Under the pieces are notes generated by a model, which was not told the origin of the DNA, searched no databases, and saw only the letters and a program-made list of their open reading frames with translations. A stretch of 64,000 nt of DNA from Tubiluchus corallicola (lineage: Eukaryota; Animalia; Priapulida). The stretch is from the NCBI GenBank assembly GCA_030141605.1, contig JAQGDQ010000537.1, forward strand, positions 1 to 64,000, written 5' to 3'. Below, piece after piece: positions 1 to 15,155 of the stretch (within the stretch, counting starts at the first letter, position 1; every line of letters begins with the position of its first letter). Made by a program: the position numbers and the translations under genes.

Positions 1-180
1 CTGTTGAAAATTATGTTCGTTTGTGACATTACCAATAATTGGATCGTCCGCCATGAATTAAGTTTTTAATCTATTATTTAATTAGCAGAAACGTTTTTGC
101 AGTATTAATTGTGTTAAAATGTATACCTTATATTGGACTTTAAAATGGGGTAGTATATGAAAAATCATCCTATCTTCTTT
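1..180. mobile_element. Family A (Kolobok-like MITE), partial terminal segment
   Basis: Aligns with the terminal part of the A copies at 14980-15155 and 52450-52622. Confidence 0.75.
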
Positions 181-644
181 GCAACTTTATGCTTTTATTT
201 TATTGCTTTCTGCCACATACTGTTCTCCTTTTTTCTTCTCTTCCTTTTCTTTTCCTTTCCCGTAAGTGCTCCTGTTCTATCTACCGCCCTCACTTCTTTT
301 TCTTGTCGTTTTTTCCCTTATTCTCTACGCTCTCTTCGACTCAAGCCCACTAAGCATGCTTTTCTGTGTAAGAGAAACCAGCCCTCTTTCTTTTTGCGGC
401 TTCTCTTGTGAAGCTTGGATTTTGATCTCTCTGTTTGCTGTTGTCTAGGAAAATTGTGTAACAAACTTTTGATCTTCTTTGTACAAAAGCTCATCGAATT
501 ATCTACAAAAGGCGACAAACTGGATTTTCTTGAAGTCTCAGACTCAGACGTGTAAGGAAGCTCGTAAATTTCACAAGCAGTAATTATCAAGAAAAAAGAA
601 ACGTAACTTTTGTCAACCAACCAGCGCGTTTTCACGATTCTTAA

Positions 645-1163
645 AGAAAAACCGGACCATTGTGCAAATATTAGTCAAAATAAAGTATGCTCTAAAATAC
701 TGAAAACTACAACGGCTTTTTTAAATCAAAGCTTACATTAAATAATAATTACCTCGGATAGTTGAATTTTGTTAAACGTTCAAAGCTACGCGCGACTCAG
801 CGACTGGCAATGGCGTCTTTTTGTCACATTCGCGTGATCGACACATAGGCGCGGAACCGTGAAAAAGCATGATCATGAACTGCAGTGTTCGTCTGTGACG
901 TAGAGCCCATTTTCGCGACATCAGCGTCCTGTAGCAATCTTCGCTTACGCAAACGTGCTTGACGTGTAGGGAAGATTCCTACCATTGCACGAACTGTGGT
1001 TAGTTTGCGACGTAAGCAATGGCTGTGTTCGGTTGCCGTTAATTAATTTTCTAAGGTAATTATTCAAATATGAGAAAGAACAAACTTTTATAGGCAAGAA
1101 AATGTATATTTTGGACAATAAATTAAAATGAGATTGAGTATAATTAATCGTTCGATTTTCGCT
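645..1163. mobile_element. Family E, Kolobok-like MITE abutting a family A copy
   Basis: Left end TTAA|AGAAAAACCGG, degenerate right end TCGATTTTCGCT. 1055-1163 resembles 22145-22250. Confidence 0.5.
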
Positions 1164-1166
1164 TTC

Positions 1167-1704
1167 AGGAAAACCGGACTTAACCTTAAATCGTAGCTCA
1201 GACTTTATTGTTTCAAACATAATTGTTTTAGCAAGAATGACTTAGGTGAAAGAATTATTACCACACATTTTGCCTTCGCACGGCTAGTTGTTCGCTCTGT
1301 TACACGCATTGTCCAAAGGCGCAAGTGCGCAAAAATAGGCTCTTTAAACATCTCAGTTCAGAAGCGTTCAGTTGTGACGTAGGGCACACGTTCGAGAGCT
1401 CATAAACGTGAAACTTAAATTTTTAAACGTAAAGTTTGCCGTGTTTATGTGTATTGTACTAATGTTGTACAGTAGCACTTTACTTCAATTTTCGTTTTCG
1501 GAAACACGTGCGACACGTTTGTGAAATGTTTGCGCTTTTGAAAATGATGTTTATTTGTGATGTCGTCTTTAGCTGGGCTCACCGCCGATAATTAAACTTT
1601 TAACCTATTATTTAATTATTATTTTAGCATTATTATAAGTGTTAAAATGTACAATTTTACCGTACTTGAAAATGGGATAGGAATTGAAAGATTATCCTGT
1701 TTCC
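1167..1704. mobile_element. Family A Kolobok-like MITE (diverged full copy)
   Basis: AGGAAAACCGG...CCTGTTTCCT|TTAA; the interior aligns with other A copies. Confidence 0.75.
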
Positions 1705-2277
1705 TTTAAACATCATCGCCGTAACGGCAACGGCTATCTAGACATTACATCTCATTGCCTATACACGCAATTAACTTGAACCCGCTGTGTAATTAAAGGA
1801 GCAAATAAATGACTCTTTGTAACCATCTAGCAGCGCAATTAATCATAACAGGTAATGAATGCGCTTTCAGTCTTTGTGAAAAGGAGTATCAATTTTCTTT
1901 CGAGTGAAAAGCAAATTAAAATTTCGTCAGCAATTTTATTTGAAGTTGGGCATTCGGTTAACAGAGGTAGACTTAATTATCGAAAGACGAAATTACATTT
2001 TGCACGAAGTCCTTGCATTAGAGTAAAGAGGATAAAAGCTCTGCTTAAGTTTTAGTCAAAAACGACGGCACATTTCATGATTTCATTGTAACTGTCATGG
2101 CTTTTATTCAGTGTGTCTTTCAGAAATCGATAACTATTAACAGACCTTGGAAGATAAGTGTAATAATGTTAAACACACGATACAGTATAACGCGACACCT
2201 GGTAGTATAGAATACAACCACCATCTATTATCTAAAGAAGTACAGCATTATTTTAGCGACAAGACGCGATATAAGCC

Positions 2278-3657
2278 CAGGGACGGCTCTGCCATTAGGC
2301 AAACTAGGCAGTTGCTTAGAGCGCCAAATTCTGGAAATAATCCTTTAATTTTGAAACTTAGCCTGAGTAATAACATGTTGTATGTGTAATTCTTTAAGTG
2401 CACAACATTAATTAAATGAAACAAACTAGATGCGTTATTTTTCCTGTTGAAACGTACAAGTCTTAGATGCTAGCAGGTGTCTTCCTGCAGAAAAACACAG
2501 TTTTTAGTTTTGCTTTCTCGAGTTTTCTAAGACTACGCCACTTCACGCAACACTCAAGACGTACAATGACGTCATAAATTCAACTTCAAATTCAATCAAC
2601 ACAAGCTGTAGATAGGTACTTAATTATGACTTAGATTGACTATGTACTATGACCTAGATTAATTATGTACTTAGATTGACTATGTACTATGACCTAGATT
2701 AATTATGTACTTAGATTGACTATGTACTATGACCTAGATTAATTATGTACTTAGATTGACTATGCTTAATTAGTGCACCATAATACATTATATACTATAT
2801 TTTGGCATCATTAGAATTTATTATACTATTATACAAGAAAAAAAATCAATATTAGGAGTGGGGTGTAAACCATTGGGGACAGGACCAGTGTTAGGAAGTG
2901 CGGGGTCAAATTAGAAAATTGTTAGTGGCGCCCTCTGCCGTGCTAAGCTGAAGATTGATGTTTTATGGTTCCCGGAAATATTCAAATATCTCACTCAGCA
3001 ATAAGCAACAACAAGAAGCATATTTGTAGAAGTAATTCTGAATGGTAACAACGGAAAAGTTAACTTTGCGGCTGTGAAGTAAAAAGTGCATTATTTTGCT
3101 TCCCGTGTTTGCTGTTTGGAGGTGATGTAACGTTTCTGAATGTTATTTTCTGAAGCAGCAACCCCTACCAATTTTAGCTAGGAGCCTTCTTTTGCTTCGC
3201 GTACTACTCCAGTCTCAGCCAAAAAGAGTTGAGGGATTGAGGCTCCACCATTAGTCACAATGATATGTACTAGAAGTTGAAAACCTGTATGAAATGTGTA
3301 ATGTTTTATGACAAGTCAAGATAATTACTGACATATCGTTTGTGCTCGTATCTTCTAAACACAGACGATAAATTGAAATTACAAAACAAATAAACAAGCG
3401 ATCAGTAAAAAACATTGAAACATAAATATACGATACCAGACTGAATAGTTTCACTGACTTCGCAGTATCAAGAAACTTCGTGCACACTGGACACTCATTA
3501 ATGTCTTGCATAGAGTCCTCGACGTGTGAAAGCGAGGGGCCCAATTTGAGGAAATCTGTCAAATAGGTTTAATACCGATGGGGGAGGTGTTGATTGTTCA
3601 GGAGGCGGCGTTAAAAATACTTTTGCCCAAGGCGTCAAACTACTTAGAGCTGCCCTG
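2278..3657. mobile_element. hAT-like non-autonomous element (~1.4 kb)
   Basis: TIR CAGGGACGGCTCT / AGAGCTGCCCTG. Flanking 8-mers TATAAGCC and TATCAGGC match 6/8 (putative TSD). Confidence 0.55.
2621..2764. repeat. 40-bp minisatellite, ~3.5 copies
   Basis: TTAGATTGAC recurs at 2631, 2671, 2711, 2751. Confidence 0.95.
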
Positions 3658-3865
3658 TATCAGGCTCGTGTCGAAGAACAGCCATACAGTTATTATTTTA
3701 TTCGTAAAAGATGCCTGAGAGAAACGCGAATATTTGAATATTTTATAAGAACTTACAATAGACTGTCATATTCTTGTAACTATGCAGCCAGATGCTCTAT
3801 AATGCAGATCAATGCTTTCAGAAACTGTGTTACGCAGAGTCGTAGCAAATACTGTCATGTCTGTA

Positions 3866-4412
3866 CAGTGGCGGCTCGTAGCTAAAATTACTGAGGGTGC
3901 TGCTTCAGAATATTTTAGCCGTTTTCTTAACAGTGTGTAAAATGTAACAAACATACGTAATTTTCATGCTGTAGTTATATTTGAAGATCGGGTGTCGAAC
4001 GGCCTCTTTTTTTAACTGCAACTTTCTCATGGAGAGACAACTGTGAAAAATTAAGCTGTTGTAGTTCACTTATAGTCACAGAACTAATTTTTTTAGGATG
4101 CAAAGCATCCATTATTAAACAATTTATGTTTTAAGCACATACGTTAAGTTTACACTTTATCACATCCAAGAATATGACGGTACACGGTAAGCACGTAGCA
4201 ATTGTTACTGCGATAGAGACAGTATTTTTCTACCTGCGCACAACCGCCAAACACCACGTTGCTTGGGCTATGAAGCCAACAGTACTACCTTCACGTGCTC
4301 TGGTTCTGTACAAGTATAAAAAAGAACTAAAGAAAAAGACATATTATCGATAATAATGAGTGAAAGCAGGGGGTGCTGCAGTTCCACAATACCTATACAC
4401 GAGCCGCCATTG
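3866..4412. mobile_element. Family F hAT-like MITE
   Basis: TIR CAGTGGCGGCTCGT / ACGAGCCGCCATTG; TSD TGTCTGTA / TTTCTGTA (7/8). Further copies at 7219 and 61075. Confidence 0.85.
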
Positions 4413-5338
4413 TTTCTGTATGTTGCAATTTCAGAGCATAGAAAGACGTCTTTCCTTCAATCTTCGAGGAAGAGTTTTGGCGAGAAGACTCACCAGAATT
4501 GGGTCCCTAACTGGTGCAAACCTGCAGCAATTCGACTGAAAACCCCCGTCATTATTTTGTTGAGTGTTCAAACTATATACACAGAACACTATCATTGGAT
4601 CACCTCTGTTATTATCGACACATAACTCAAGAATTACACCCCAACCCAAGACCTGCTATTATTTACAACGACATTTTGCATAAACTCAGATAAGTCCATC
4701 CATCCAGTGGCATTCTCTTCAAATTGTTGCAGAACTACATAAAGTCTACTAAACGTTTTGCTAATTGATTGTACGTGTAATTGTATATTGAATTATAACA
4801 TAAATTATTTTGAATTTTGGACTTTTGAATTAAGCACCAGTTATTGAGCAATCATACTTTTGTATAACTAATAGGATGATGTACATTGATAATTGTTTCT
4901 GGTATCGCTTCTGTATTCTGTGGGCTTTGTAAGTTTCAATTTTAAGTGTTAACTAATGAATTACTTGTGTTTTTGAACTAAATATCTTCGTAACTATATT
5001 CTTGATAACCAGTTGTATCTGTATATATATCTGTATATACATTTAACAACCAAAATGTATTTGTTGCACGCAGTGGAAAAACTTCGATCAGTAATATTAC
5101 TGAATGTTAATCTACTTAAAATAAATAAAGTTTATATATTACTTTTATTTGATACGATGAATCAAATACTGTAGAATGGGGGACTAAATATTAATTAATC
5201 GTATTTCAGATATTTTATTTAGCAGCAATGGAATCCATTTGCAAGAAAAAGGCTCCAACGAATTTTTGTTCTTTCACTCGAAAATTTGATGTTAAATGAA
5301 TCTCATTACTATTGACTTCAATGAAAACATCTAATTAA

Positions 5339-5930
5339 AGGAAAGAACAAGTCACTTAGTATGTTGGGCTTATTTTACTATTATAATTCAAACTGTTTGT
5401 GGTGTGTTAAATGAAAGAACAAGTCACTTAGTATGTTGGGTTTATTTTACTGTTATCACTTAAACCTGGAAAAATGTAACAAAGAAATTTTCAAAATACT
5501 GCCTATGAAGCATAAATTTAAAATATACTACCTCTGAATAGAAATTTCCACCATTCACTTGAAAATCATGACGTAACTGGGAGACTTCTTGACTTTTCGT
5601 TAGCACGATCTGCTTAAACTATTTCAAACTTCTACAGTTTACCTAATGTTCACGCAAAAATATTACAAAATTAGCTATCTAACTTTTTTGTGAAACTTAT
5701 TATACTTTCGACAAAGATTGACAGTGCGCTACTTTTCTTCAAGACGAATGACGTCATTGGAAGAAGAATGGACATTGAAAATGGGAGCGCCCAAGCGTGA
5801 AGTGATCGCGACGTTAAAGTGATTTTATTAATTACACGAGGCGCTTATTGCAGTTTTATTACTAAATCCTTCTAACATTTTTCGCGAACAGTGAATTAAA
5901 CCTATCCTCCTAAAAGACTTGACTTTTCCT
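5339..5930. mobile_element. Family B Kolobok-like MITE with doubled left end
   Basis: TTAA|AGGAAAGAACAAG...CTTGACTTTTCCT|TTAA. The left terminal ~60 bp is repeated at ~5407. Confidence 0.85.
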
Positions 5931-6639
5931 TTAATGTTGTTTTAAGTTTAATTAAACTTTTTAGAACTAGGAGGAATAATGTTATCATGAGAATGTTTTA
6001 CACTTAAAATCTAGAATTAATTATAATTAGGAAAGTGTAATGAAATTAATTATCATCATTAATCCGTAATTTAAGTTCGGAAATTCGATCAAATTTATTA
6101 ATATGTAAATAAGAACAAAAGTTTTACAGATTTCACGATTTTCTACCCAGGATCACATTGAAAATGATGTAGTTACAATAGCTCAGCTAGGACGTATTTT
6201 TAAAGTGATTTCAGGTGTCTGCATATTACTGACCTACTGATGAATTCATACCAAATATGGTAATGTGATTAACACGTGACTAACGTTGCGTCTCCTTCTC
6301 AAGCACGTTAATGAGGTCTCAAGAAAGAAAACAAACTGGCTTCATTAATTTCATTACAGTCGTTTGTTGATCTGAATAATTGAATTTTATTCGGTTGGAA
6401 TTCCTCAGTAAATGAAGCTGTTCGTTTGGCGGGTAAAAACATTTGCAAAATAAGATTAAGATGCTTTGTATATACCGCGCGTAACACCAAAATTCAATGT
6501 TTTTATTGCTAAGGGAATACTTCTGTGGTCTCTGTGTATGTTTGCTGATTCAAGTTAAGCAACGCCAAACTTGGTCATTAAGGGTAATCGGTGACAGCCG
6601 GGAAAAATGCTTCTAGCCCTTTCGTTGGCCAGGCCGCGC

Positions 6640-7043
6640 TCGGCTGTATACTGCCGTTTAGAAATTTTCAGGTGCGGTGGTAGCCGCCATTCACCTGAAT
6701 ATTGTGACGTAACTGGGAGTTTTCGTGACTTTTCGTAAGTGCATCGTGGCTTTCCGTGAGCGCCCACTGCTTAAACTAATTCAAACTTCTGCAGCTTGCC
6801 CAATGTTCGTGCAAAAACTTCACAAAGTTTTTGCAAATGAACTGTGCGCTGCGTTTCTTCAGCAGATGAATGACGTCATTGGTGGAAAAATGGGCGTTCA
6901 AAATGTGACCGCCCAAGCGTGAAATGATTATGAGTTTAAAGTGATTGTACTAATTAGACAAGGCGCCTACCACATTACTAAATCCCAGTAATTTTCGTCA
7001 ACATTGAAATAAACCTAGAGTCCCAGAAGTCTTGTTTTTTCCT
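6640..7043. mobile_element. Family B partial copy
   Basis: Aligns with 5500-5930 and ends CTTGTTTTTTCCT|TTAA. Confidence 0.8.
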
Positions 7044-7218
7044 TTAAATCACCCTTTTGTACATAAAACTGCACAGAATTGTTTTCTGCTTGCGCGGGTG
7101 CTATAAGGTGTTACATTTCTGCTCATGATCGACCACATCAGAGGTTACTTATTCAATTAGCTAGTAACAACAAGTCTTTTTCTTTTACTCATCGAATATT
7201 GTGTCATTTACAGCTCTG

Positions 7219-7670
7219 CAGTGGGAGTTCGTACCTAAAATTAGTGGGGTGCTGCTTCAGAATATTTTAGCCATTGTTTTAATACTGTGTAAAACGAAAC
7301 AAACATACTTATGTAATTTTAACGTTGTAATTTCAAACAAAAAAAAACATACAAAAGATTATGCATAAACTTGATAAAATCTTAAACAGAATTGTTTTTG
7401 TTTACTAATAGTCTAAATTGTCACAGTTCAAGCTTGATCCATTCACGGTAAGCACGTGACAACTGACAACAAACTGTGTGAGCTACAATACTTTCTCTAG
7501 CTGGTCTCAGATATGTGTGCATGGCCGCATGCGCACAACACCCAAACATCTTGTTGCTGGAGCGCAGAGTGCTGGGCTGCGAAGCAAACAGTACTACCCT
7601 GTCGTGCTCTGGTTCCGTGCAAGTATAAAGAAAGAACTAAAGAAAAAAGACTAAAGAAATAGGAAAATAA
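7219..7670. mobile_element. Family F hAT-like MITE, truncated
   Basis: Aligns with 3866-4340; right TIR absent. Confidence 0.75.
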
Positions 7671-8351
7671 TAATTAGTCTTTTTAGCAATGAGTTGGAAT
7701 AATGGACAAGAAACAATTCCAGTATATTATTATACAGTTTATAAATTAATTGAGCCCTTTTCGAAGAGCTAACTCAGCAAACTTCTACTCTCATTCTAAT
7801 TTTCACAGTAAATTAATTTCAATTAATCTCTGGAGGTCCCCTAGTTGACAGAATCCCCTGGGCTGCAGTCCATAAACCCATGCTTAATCCACGCGGAGTG
7901 CATTGCAAATTGTTGATGTTTTATGACTTATATTTCATGTTGATTTGTGACGTTTTACGTGTTGTTAAGATAAGATGAAAACATATTTTAGTCAGCCTGG
8001 GAAAAATCCCGGAAACTAGACAGAAAATATTAAAACACGGAAATTGCAGGCCCGTATAGCAGTAATACAAATTTCGGAAAAGTAAAAGAAGCTACTAGCT
8101 CTTAAGTAAACGCTGTTATAGTTATTATCTAAAGAGAAAAATTTTCAGGGGAAAATATGAGAAAATGACAACATTGAGGTTTCTAGAAGACGGTGCAGGA
8201 AAATGGAACATATGTGATCAAGTGTAATAAGTGTAATAAAAACAGATCACGAAAGAAAAGAAAGGACAGTAAACATGATGAAAGTATAGGAGGCAAAATT
8301 TGAAAACAAATCAAATACTGACGTTACTGAACGTTCCACTGTTGATCATTA

Positions 8352-8990
<639 letters not shown>

Positions 8991-10660
8991 TTAATACTGA
9001 ACATTCCGTTGCTGATGGACGTATAATATCGCTCTTAGGTACTGCCTGCTAGATACGAGAACATCCTTAGGTGAGACATTCAATTAATATCAATTGTCCG
9101 ACATTAGCCTAGGCCTTTGGGTAAAGGCGGTCACTGCTTCTGTGAGTTGTATAATAAAGAAACAAATATGGTGTTTTATAAACTGTGGCATGAAAGCATC
9201 AGAGAAGAAGTAACTTACAAAATAAACCATTTCTGAAGAGGCTGATGTAAGTAATTAATGCATTAGGTCTGTTTACCAAAAAAATACAAAAAAGTTAATA
9301 CGATTAAGAGTAATCGTACTAAGCTTGTATACGGCTGCTAGAACAAGAACTACTGGACAATGGTGATCATGCGAGTCTAAAGATGTGATGTGTCAGTATT
9401 AACAATGAAAGAAAAAAACAACAACTAAGTAATTTTAATGGGTTTTAGGAAAATGTAAAGTTCATTGCTCGACATTAGTCCATGTTACTCTATATGTGCG
9501 CATGACAATGTTCCACACTTTAAAGTTTTAATAAAGGAAAGCAGCTGTAGTTTAAGAATCGTATCTTTGCAAGTAAAAATGGCATTATAATTACTGGTTG
9601 TATAAAGTCTGTTGCGTTATTTGAGTCAATGTTTTTTAAAACCTGGCGAAAAGTACTGTGTGATGATTTTAAATTGTAAATTTTTAGGTCAAGCTATTTT
9701 TAATATGTATTTTAGTTAGTAACTTTTAATCTGTTTTATCAAAAATTTTATATGTGTTGTAAATGTTAGTATAATATATAGTGTGGTACCATATCTACTG
9801 AATTAAAAAAGTAAGCGAAAAAATGTTCAAATAAGGTTATTTCTTATACTTAAACCCAGTATTTTCTTTGCTGAAAAATCTTCACGAAATTCCTGCTTCA
9901 TCAGTTTTACGTCGCCTTTATAACGATGTCTTGGTTGCAGGTAGATGAACTGAACAGCACACAGGTGGCGGTAGGGTAGGCTTGTGTATTTTATGGGCTT
10001 AGTTTAATCCAGCGCAAGTAGTTTATCCATCGTTACATGTGAAATATTCATCTGACACCCATCTACCACAACATGGCTTACTGGCAGTGAAAAGTTTGCA
10101 ATGGAGCATAATGAATTATTGCTGTGAACGTCTTGCCCTTTTGCTTTAATGGGACTGGTGCCCATGGGATTGGCTCAGCTGCAACAAACGATCTTCCTTT
10201 ACTGATTCAGAGTTTCAGACAAAGCCAAGTTTACTTCCAAACTGATTGGAATGTCCTCTTAAACATATTATTTGTGTCATGGTATCGATGATTGCCCTTA
10301 CATATATTTACATAACTCTATTGTATGTGTTTATGTGCATGTGTAATTGTATATGTGCTTGAACCAATGTACCATATAATTAGGTATTTAGATATTTATT
10401 AGTGTCAAAAGTACATACAATACAAGGAAAAAACAAGACATACATACAATTTCAATTTTGAAATATACAAGAAAAAAACAAGACATACCATTTTAATTTT
10501 GAAATATAACGACACTATATACATTCAAAACAATTACTAATAAAACAATTATTATTAAATCTTCCAGTTAGTTATATTAGTTATTTAAATGAAAAGTTTA
10601 ATGATTAGTATTTAAAATAAATTGTCATTCATTAAGCCTCATTTTCAATGACATGATCAT

Positions 10661-10704
<44 letters not shown>

Positions 10705-10844
10705 TGTGGTTTCTAATGAAGTACCATGCTCCTTTCATCTCTAGTGTATATAGTTTTTTGTATACTGTTTTGTAGTTCAATAAACAATATTAACCAAGGG
10801 AAAACTCTTACTACCGATAGTATTCGCTGGTAATCTACATTTTA

Positions 10845-11284
10845 AATAACAGAACTGATGCCCACTTCGTTGCATTGGGAAGTAAACCATCATACCGTGG
10901 CGCCACCTTTACCATTTTTGTTTTGTTAGTAATGGATAAATGCACTTTAAAGTAACGTTTCTCTGTCACGACTTATAAACATTATACAGCTCAGGTTTCT
11001 CGCCTTCGTAACGATCACAACGATCTCAAAAACTAGAACTGAAAAAGATTGATATATAATGTTACTGTTGCATAATTAATAGCAACAATAGAAACAGATG
11101 ATAGTAGAAAATGAACAGTCAAGTACTTGTATTGATCCAGTTAGTGCGCATGCGCCAGGGACGAGCTCTGTTCGGGTTTTAGCGGAAATACTTTGTGCAT
11201 GATTATTACGCAAATTAACGTAAGCGGTTCTATTAGGCTGATTTACTCATTTTTATGAGATAATAATAAGAATATTTCTAGGAT
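10845..11284 (-). mobile_element. Possible non-autonomous Helitron remnant
   Basis: Minus strand begins A|TCC (11284) and has a short subterminal hairpin CCCA..TGGG at ~10861-10879. The terminal CTAG is not intact. Confidence 0.25.
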
Positions 11285-11369
11285 TTGCGAAGGCAAAAAG
11301 GGCAAGATCAGGCAAAGTCACGAGTCGAAGTAAGGTTGTGTAGCAGAAGTAAAGATAATGAAAGCGAAA

Positions 11370-11470
<101 letters not shown>

Positions 11471-12844
11471 AGCCAGCTTAACTTTTTTGTTTACTTTTCA
11501 CTGTTAAAATTGCTGTAAGTGCAAAAGATTTTGCACATTGATGTTAAATCTCAGTTGCTGTTAGCAGGAAAACTCAAATATGAACGGTGAAAAACTGAGA
11601 AAGCGTTTACCAAGTCATTCATTCTTCACAGCCGTCGATATAAGTGTCGCTGCGCGTTTGTGTCTCATAAACGCGAAAAGATGAAGCCCTGGCTTTGTTA
11701 TACAAGTAATTCGAACCCACGTCGCCAGGTAGCGCAGGCGTTGGCGTATGACTCATCATCCGTCGACTGCTGATACATGTGACAATCAAAAGCAGCAAAC
11801 AGACGCTTTCCGGTGCAGTAAAAAGAGAAACTACAAATGCAAGTGATTTAGGAAACAGATAGATCGGAGACTATGGTGCCAGTGTGTATTATGGAGATTT
11901 CTGTGTATTTTACAGAGAGACGCAGAGATTATTGAGGTAAATGAATCCGCATCAGCGATGGTTTGTTAAAAGGTGAAAGGCTGAGAGCTAACATATGGAC
12001 AGCGGAATATTGATACAGTGGCCATTCTCAGCATTGTCCGAATGTAGACACACTGGAATGTAATTAGAAAAGGTACGACGTACTGTAGTATTAGGTACAA
12101 GCATGCCAGAAAGAATTTGTTGTCGTAATTATATTTTGGCGGTTCAAAATACTTGTACTAATTTCTTTGTGTACGCATCTTAAAACTTTTCCAATTCTAC
12201 AAAACGTTAAATAATAAAAGGACATCATTATGCTCGGGTTTGATGAGTTCTAACTGGCCAGTTTCTCTAAATAATGTGTTTTATAATTTTATTTGTGTGT
12301 AAAATGCACTTTGTAGGCTTTAGTTAATTATAACAGCTCCGATTTATCCTAATTTTTACACACGTCATGTAGAATTATAATTCTATGCGAATTATAATAT
12401 GCAGCACAGTATGAGTTGTATTTTAATTTTAAAATATAGTTTAAAAATTCATTCTTTTGTATGTATATTTATTTAACATATTCGTTTATCATGTCTTTCG
12501 GGTTATGCTTGTTGAACGTATCACCTCTATTTACTGTGAAATCAAATGCAGGTGTTGAACTTGCTGACATCCTAAGTTTGTTACCTTTCGTTTCTTGTCT
12601 TTCTTTAAACGTTTGATATTTATTGACAAATTACACCACGTAGCATAGCTGCTGCAGGGGTGACTGCATTGAATCCAAATTCTTAGGAGAATTTCCCTTT
12701 AATGGGAGTATTGAGAAAGAGATCGAATTTTTATTGAGAACATGAAATGTGACAACAGCTGTCATTGTCACAAGTAAATCAGACGCTTGTATTATGTATG
12801 TAACATTACTTATGTGTCATATCTGCTACGATTGAAATTTTTAA

Positions 12845-13110
12845 AGGAAGACAGGGTGACTTTTTGTATACTATCCCATTTTCAAGTCCAATAAAAAGAA
12901 TGCCCAAAAAAGCCGCGAATACCGCAAAAGCGTTTCTGATGATTAAATAATAGATTAAAAACTTAATTAACTATTGATGATATCACAAACTAACACAATT
13001 TTCAACATCAAGAATGTTCCATGAGCGTGTTGCACGTATTTGCGAAAGCGAAAATTGTAGAAATTGTTGTGCTACTGTAAGATGTGCACACGTGCTCCTG
13101 TACCTCTGTG
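12845..13110. mobile_element. Family A terminal fragment (diverged)
   Basis: Starts TTAA|AGGAAGACAGG and aligns with 13238-13540. Confidence 0.8.
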
Positions 13111-13237
13111 CTCGAAAAAATGCAACAGATTGTTGTAAGATTAGAATAAAAATGAATGAAAATGATATTGTTGAAAAATACAGAATTAATCTCAAGCATG
13201 TGCTGAATGAGTAAAAAGGCCCGAATTTTTGCGTTAA

Positions 13238-13834
13238 AGGAAGACAGGATGATTTTTCATATACTACCCTATCTTCAAGTCCTGTAAAAAGTATACATTT
13301 TAACATAATTAATACAGCAAAAGCGTTTCTGATAATTTAATAATATATTAAAATCTTAATTACCGGCGGGCGAACCCAACTATTGATGACATCATAAACT
13401 AACATAATTTTCAACAGCAAAAATATTCCATGAGCGTGTTTGTGAAAGCGAAAATTGAATTACAGTGCTACTGTAAAATATTCAGTGTCTTACACTAAAA
13501 CTAGTATATAAATATTCAAGTTTCAAATTTACCGCTGTGCTCATGTATGAGCTGTCGAACGTGTGCAGTTTTTGTCACAAACTAACAAGTCTGAACTAAG
13601 CGGTACCGCACCTGTTTCTGTGCAATGCATTTCCGAAATGCAGGTGCTAGTGCCCGTCTAACTGGTGAACGACGAAATGCATGTAACAGTGAAGAACTAG
13701 TGGCGTGAACGCGAAACTGTGTTTGTGTTGTAATAATTTTTTCACGTAAGTTATTCTTGAAAAAATGTTTCGTTTCAATATTTCAAAGAGTAGATTGTTT
13801 TCACAGTGAGTTTAAGATAGGATCCGGTTTTGCT
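13238..13834. mobile_element. Family A Kolobok-like MITE, full copy (~600 bp)
   Basis: TTAA|AGGAAGACAGG...CCGGTTTTGCT|TTAA with an imperfect TIR (8/11). TTAA TSD with AG termini is the Kolobok/T2-MITE pattern. Confidence 0.88.
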
Positions 13835-13840
13835 TTAAAT

Positions 13841-14070
13841 CTTAGGTCATTAGAAGAAAGAAGATTATATAAGATTTAATCATATATGTGTTATCAAATC
13901 ATACATAAAGACATAGATAACATAGACAGAGACAAATTTTTTACGTTGACTACGTTAGGTCTGACAAGAAGTAACAGCACACTTAAACTGTATGTCAAGC
14001 GACTTGCTAAAAATATTTGGTCATTTTTTTCTAATAGGGTTGTTCCGATTTGGAATAGTTTGCCAGATTA
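13841..14070 (+). pseudogene. CR1-clade LINE ORF2 C-terminal remnant
   Basis: LRSLEERRL, then frameshifted ..DLI..CYQIIH...DKFF...TRSN..KL...FFSNRVVPIWNSLP, typical of CR1 ORF2 C-termini. Confidence 0.8.
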
Positions 14071-14212
14071 TTATATACATCAAATTATGTTGTTGTAATT
14101 TATGTAATCTGTTTTAATTGGTATTATTGTCATTAATGGTTTGTAAATATGTATTGTACAATAATTGTAATGTATTTGTAAAATTGCTAACCCAATTAAA
14201 TTAAATTAAGTT

Positions 14213-14580
14213 AGCAGTAACGCTCTATAAAACTTGTAAATTTGAGCTCTCGCGATGATCGTTAGGCCCAGCCATTTTAACGGCAGGTCGTTTGAAACAA
14301 GTTTAGATAACATTGTGAAGAGTTTGAAAAATAATCAGAGCATTCGTAGCAGGCACGTCACTAACTAAGCAAAAGTTTAAATTACTTTATATTGTCAGTA
14401 AGATCAATAATGTGTTTTTAGTGAATCTGTGGTGCACACTGGGATTGTGATGCAGTGACGTTTTACCAGTTGGCGGGGATATTTTAAATTATTAAGAATT
14501 TTCTTCTTAAGATACGTAAGTCTTTCAAACAGCTAAGTGTAAACCTAAGTAATATAACTTTGTATGGAAAGTTCTTCGGG
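14213..14580. mobile_element. Family D interspersed repeat (unclassified)
   Basis: Aligns with 41330-41685 (same strand) and with 44268-44448 plus 45168-45270 (opposite strand). Confidence 0.75.
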
Positions 14581-14584
14581 TTAA

Positions 14585-15155
14585 AGCAAAACTGAACACG
14601 ATCTTGAACTGTAGGTAAAAACAGTCTGCTTGACTTACGTGAAAAAATTATTACCTCACAAACACAATTTCACGTTCGCGGCACTAGTTCTTCGTTGTTA
14701 CATACATTTCGTCATTCTCTAGTTAGACAGGCACTAGCGCCTGCATTTCGGAAATGCATTGCACAGAAACAGGTGCTGTACCGCTTAGTTCAGACTTGTT
14801 AGTTTGTGACAACAACTGTACACGTTCGACAGCATATACATGAGCACAGCGGTAAATTTTAAACTTGAATTTTTATCTTAGAACTTGCCTAGTTTTAGTA
14901 CAACACACTGAATATTTTACAGTAGCACTGTAATTCAATTTTCGCTTTTACAAACACGCTCATGGAATATTTTTGCTGTTGAAAATTATGTTAGTTTATG
15001 ATGTCATCAATAGTTGGGTTCGCCCGCCGGTAATTAAGATTTTAATATATTATTAAATTATCAGACACGCTTTTGCTGCATTAATTATGTTAAAATGTAT
15101 ACTTTTTACAGGACTTGAAAACGCGGTAGTATATGAAAAATCATCCTGTCTTCCT
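14585..15155. mobile_element. Family A full copy, inverted relative to 13238-13834
   Basis: TTAA|AGCAAAACTG...CCTGTCTTCCT|ATAA. Confidence 0.88.

Noticed and set aside
4530-5130. Possible LINE 3' remnant (also 20230-20710 on the minus strand)
   Set aside because: Only faint resemblance and A-rich or simple-repeat tails; no motif convincing enough to list.
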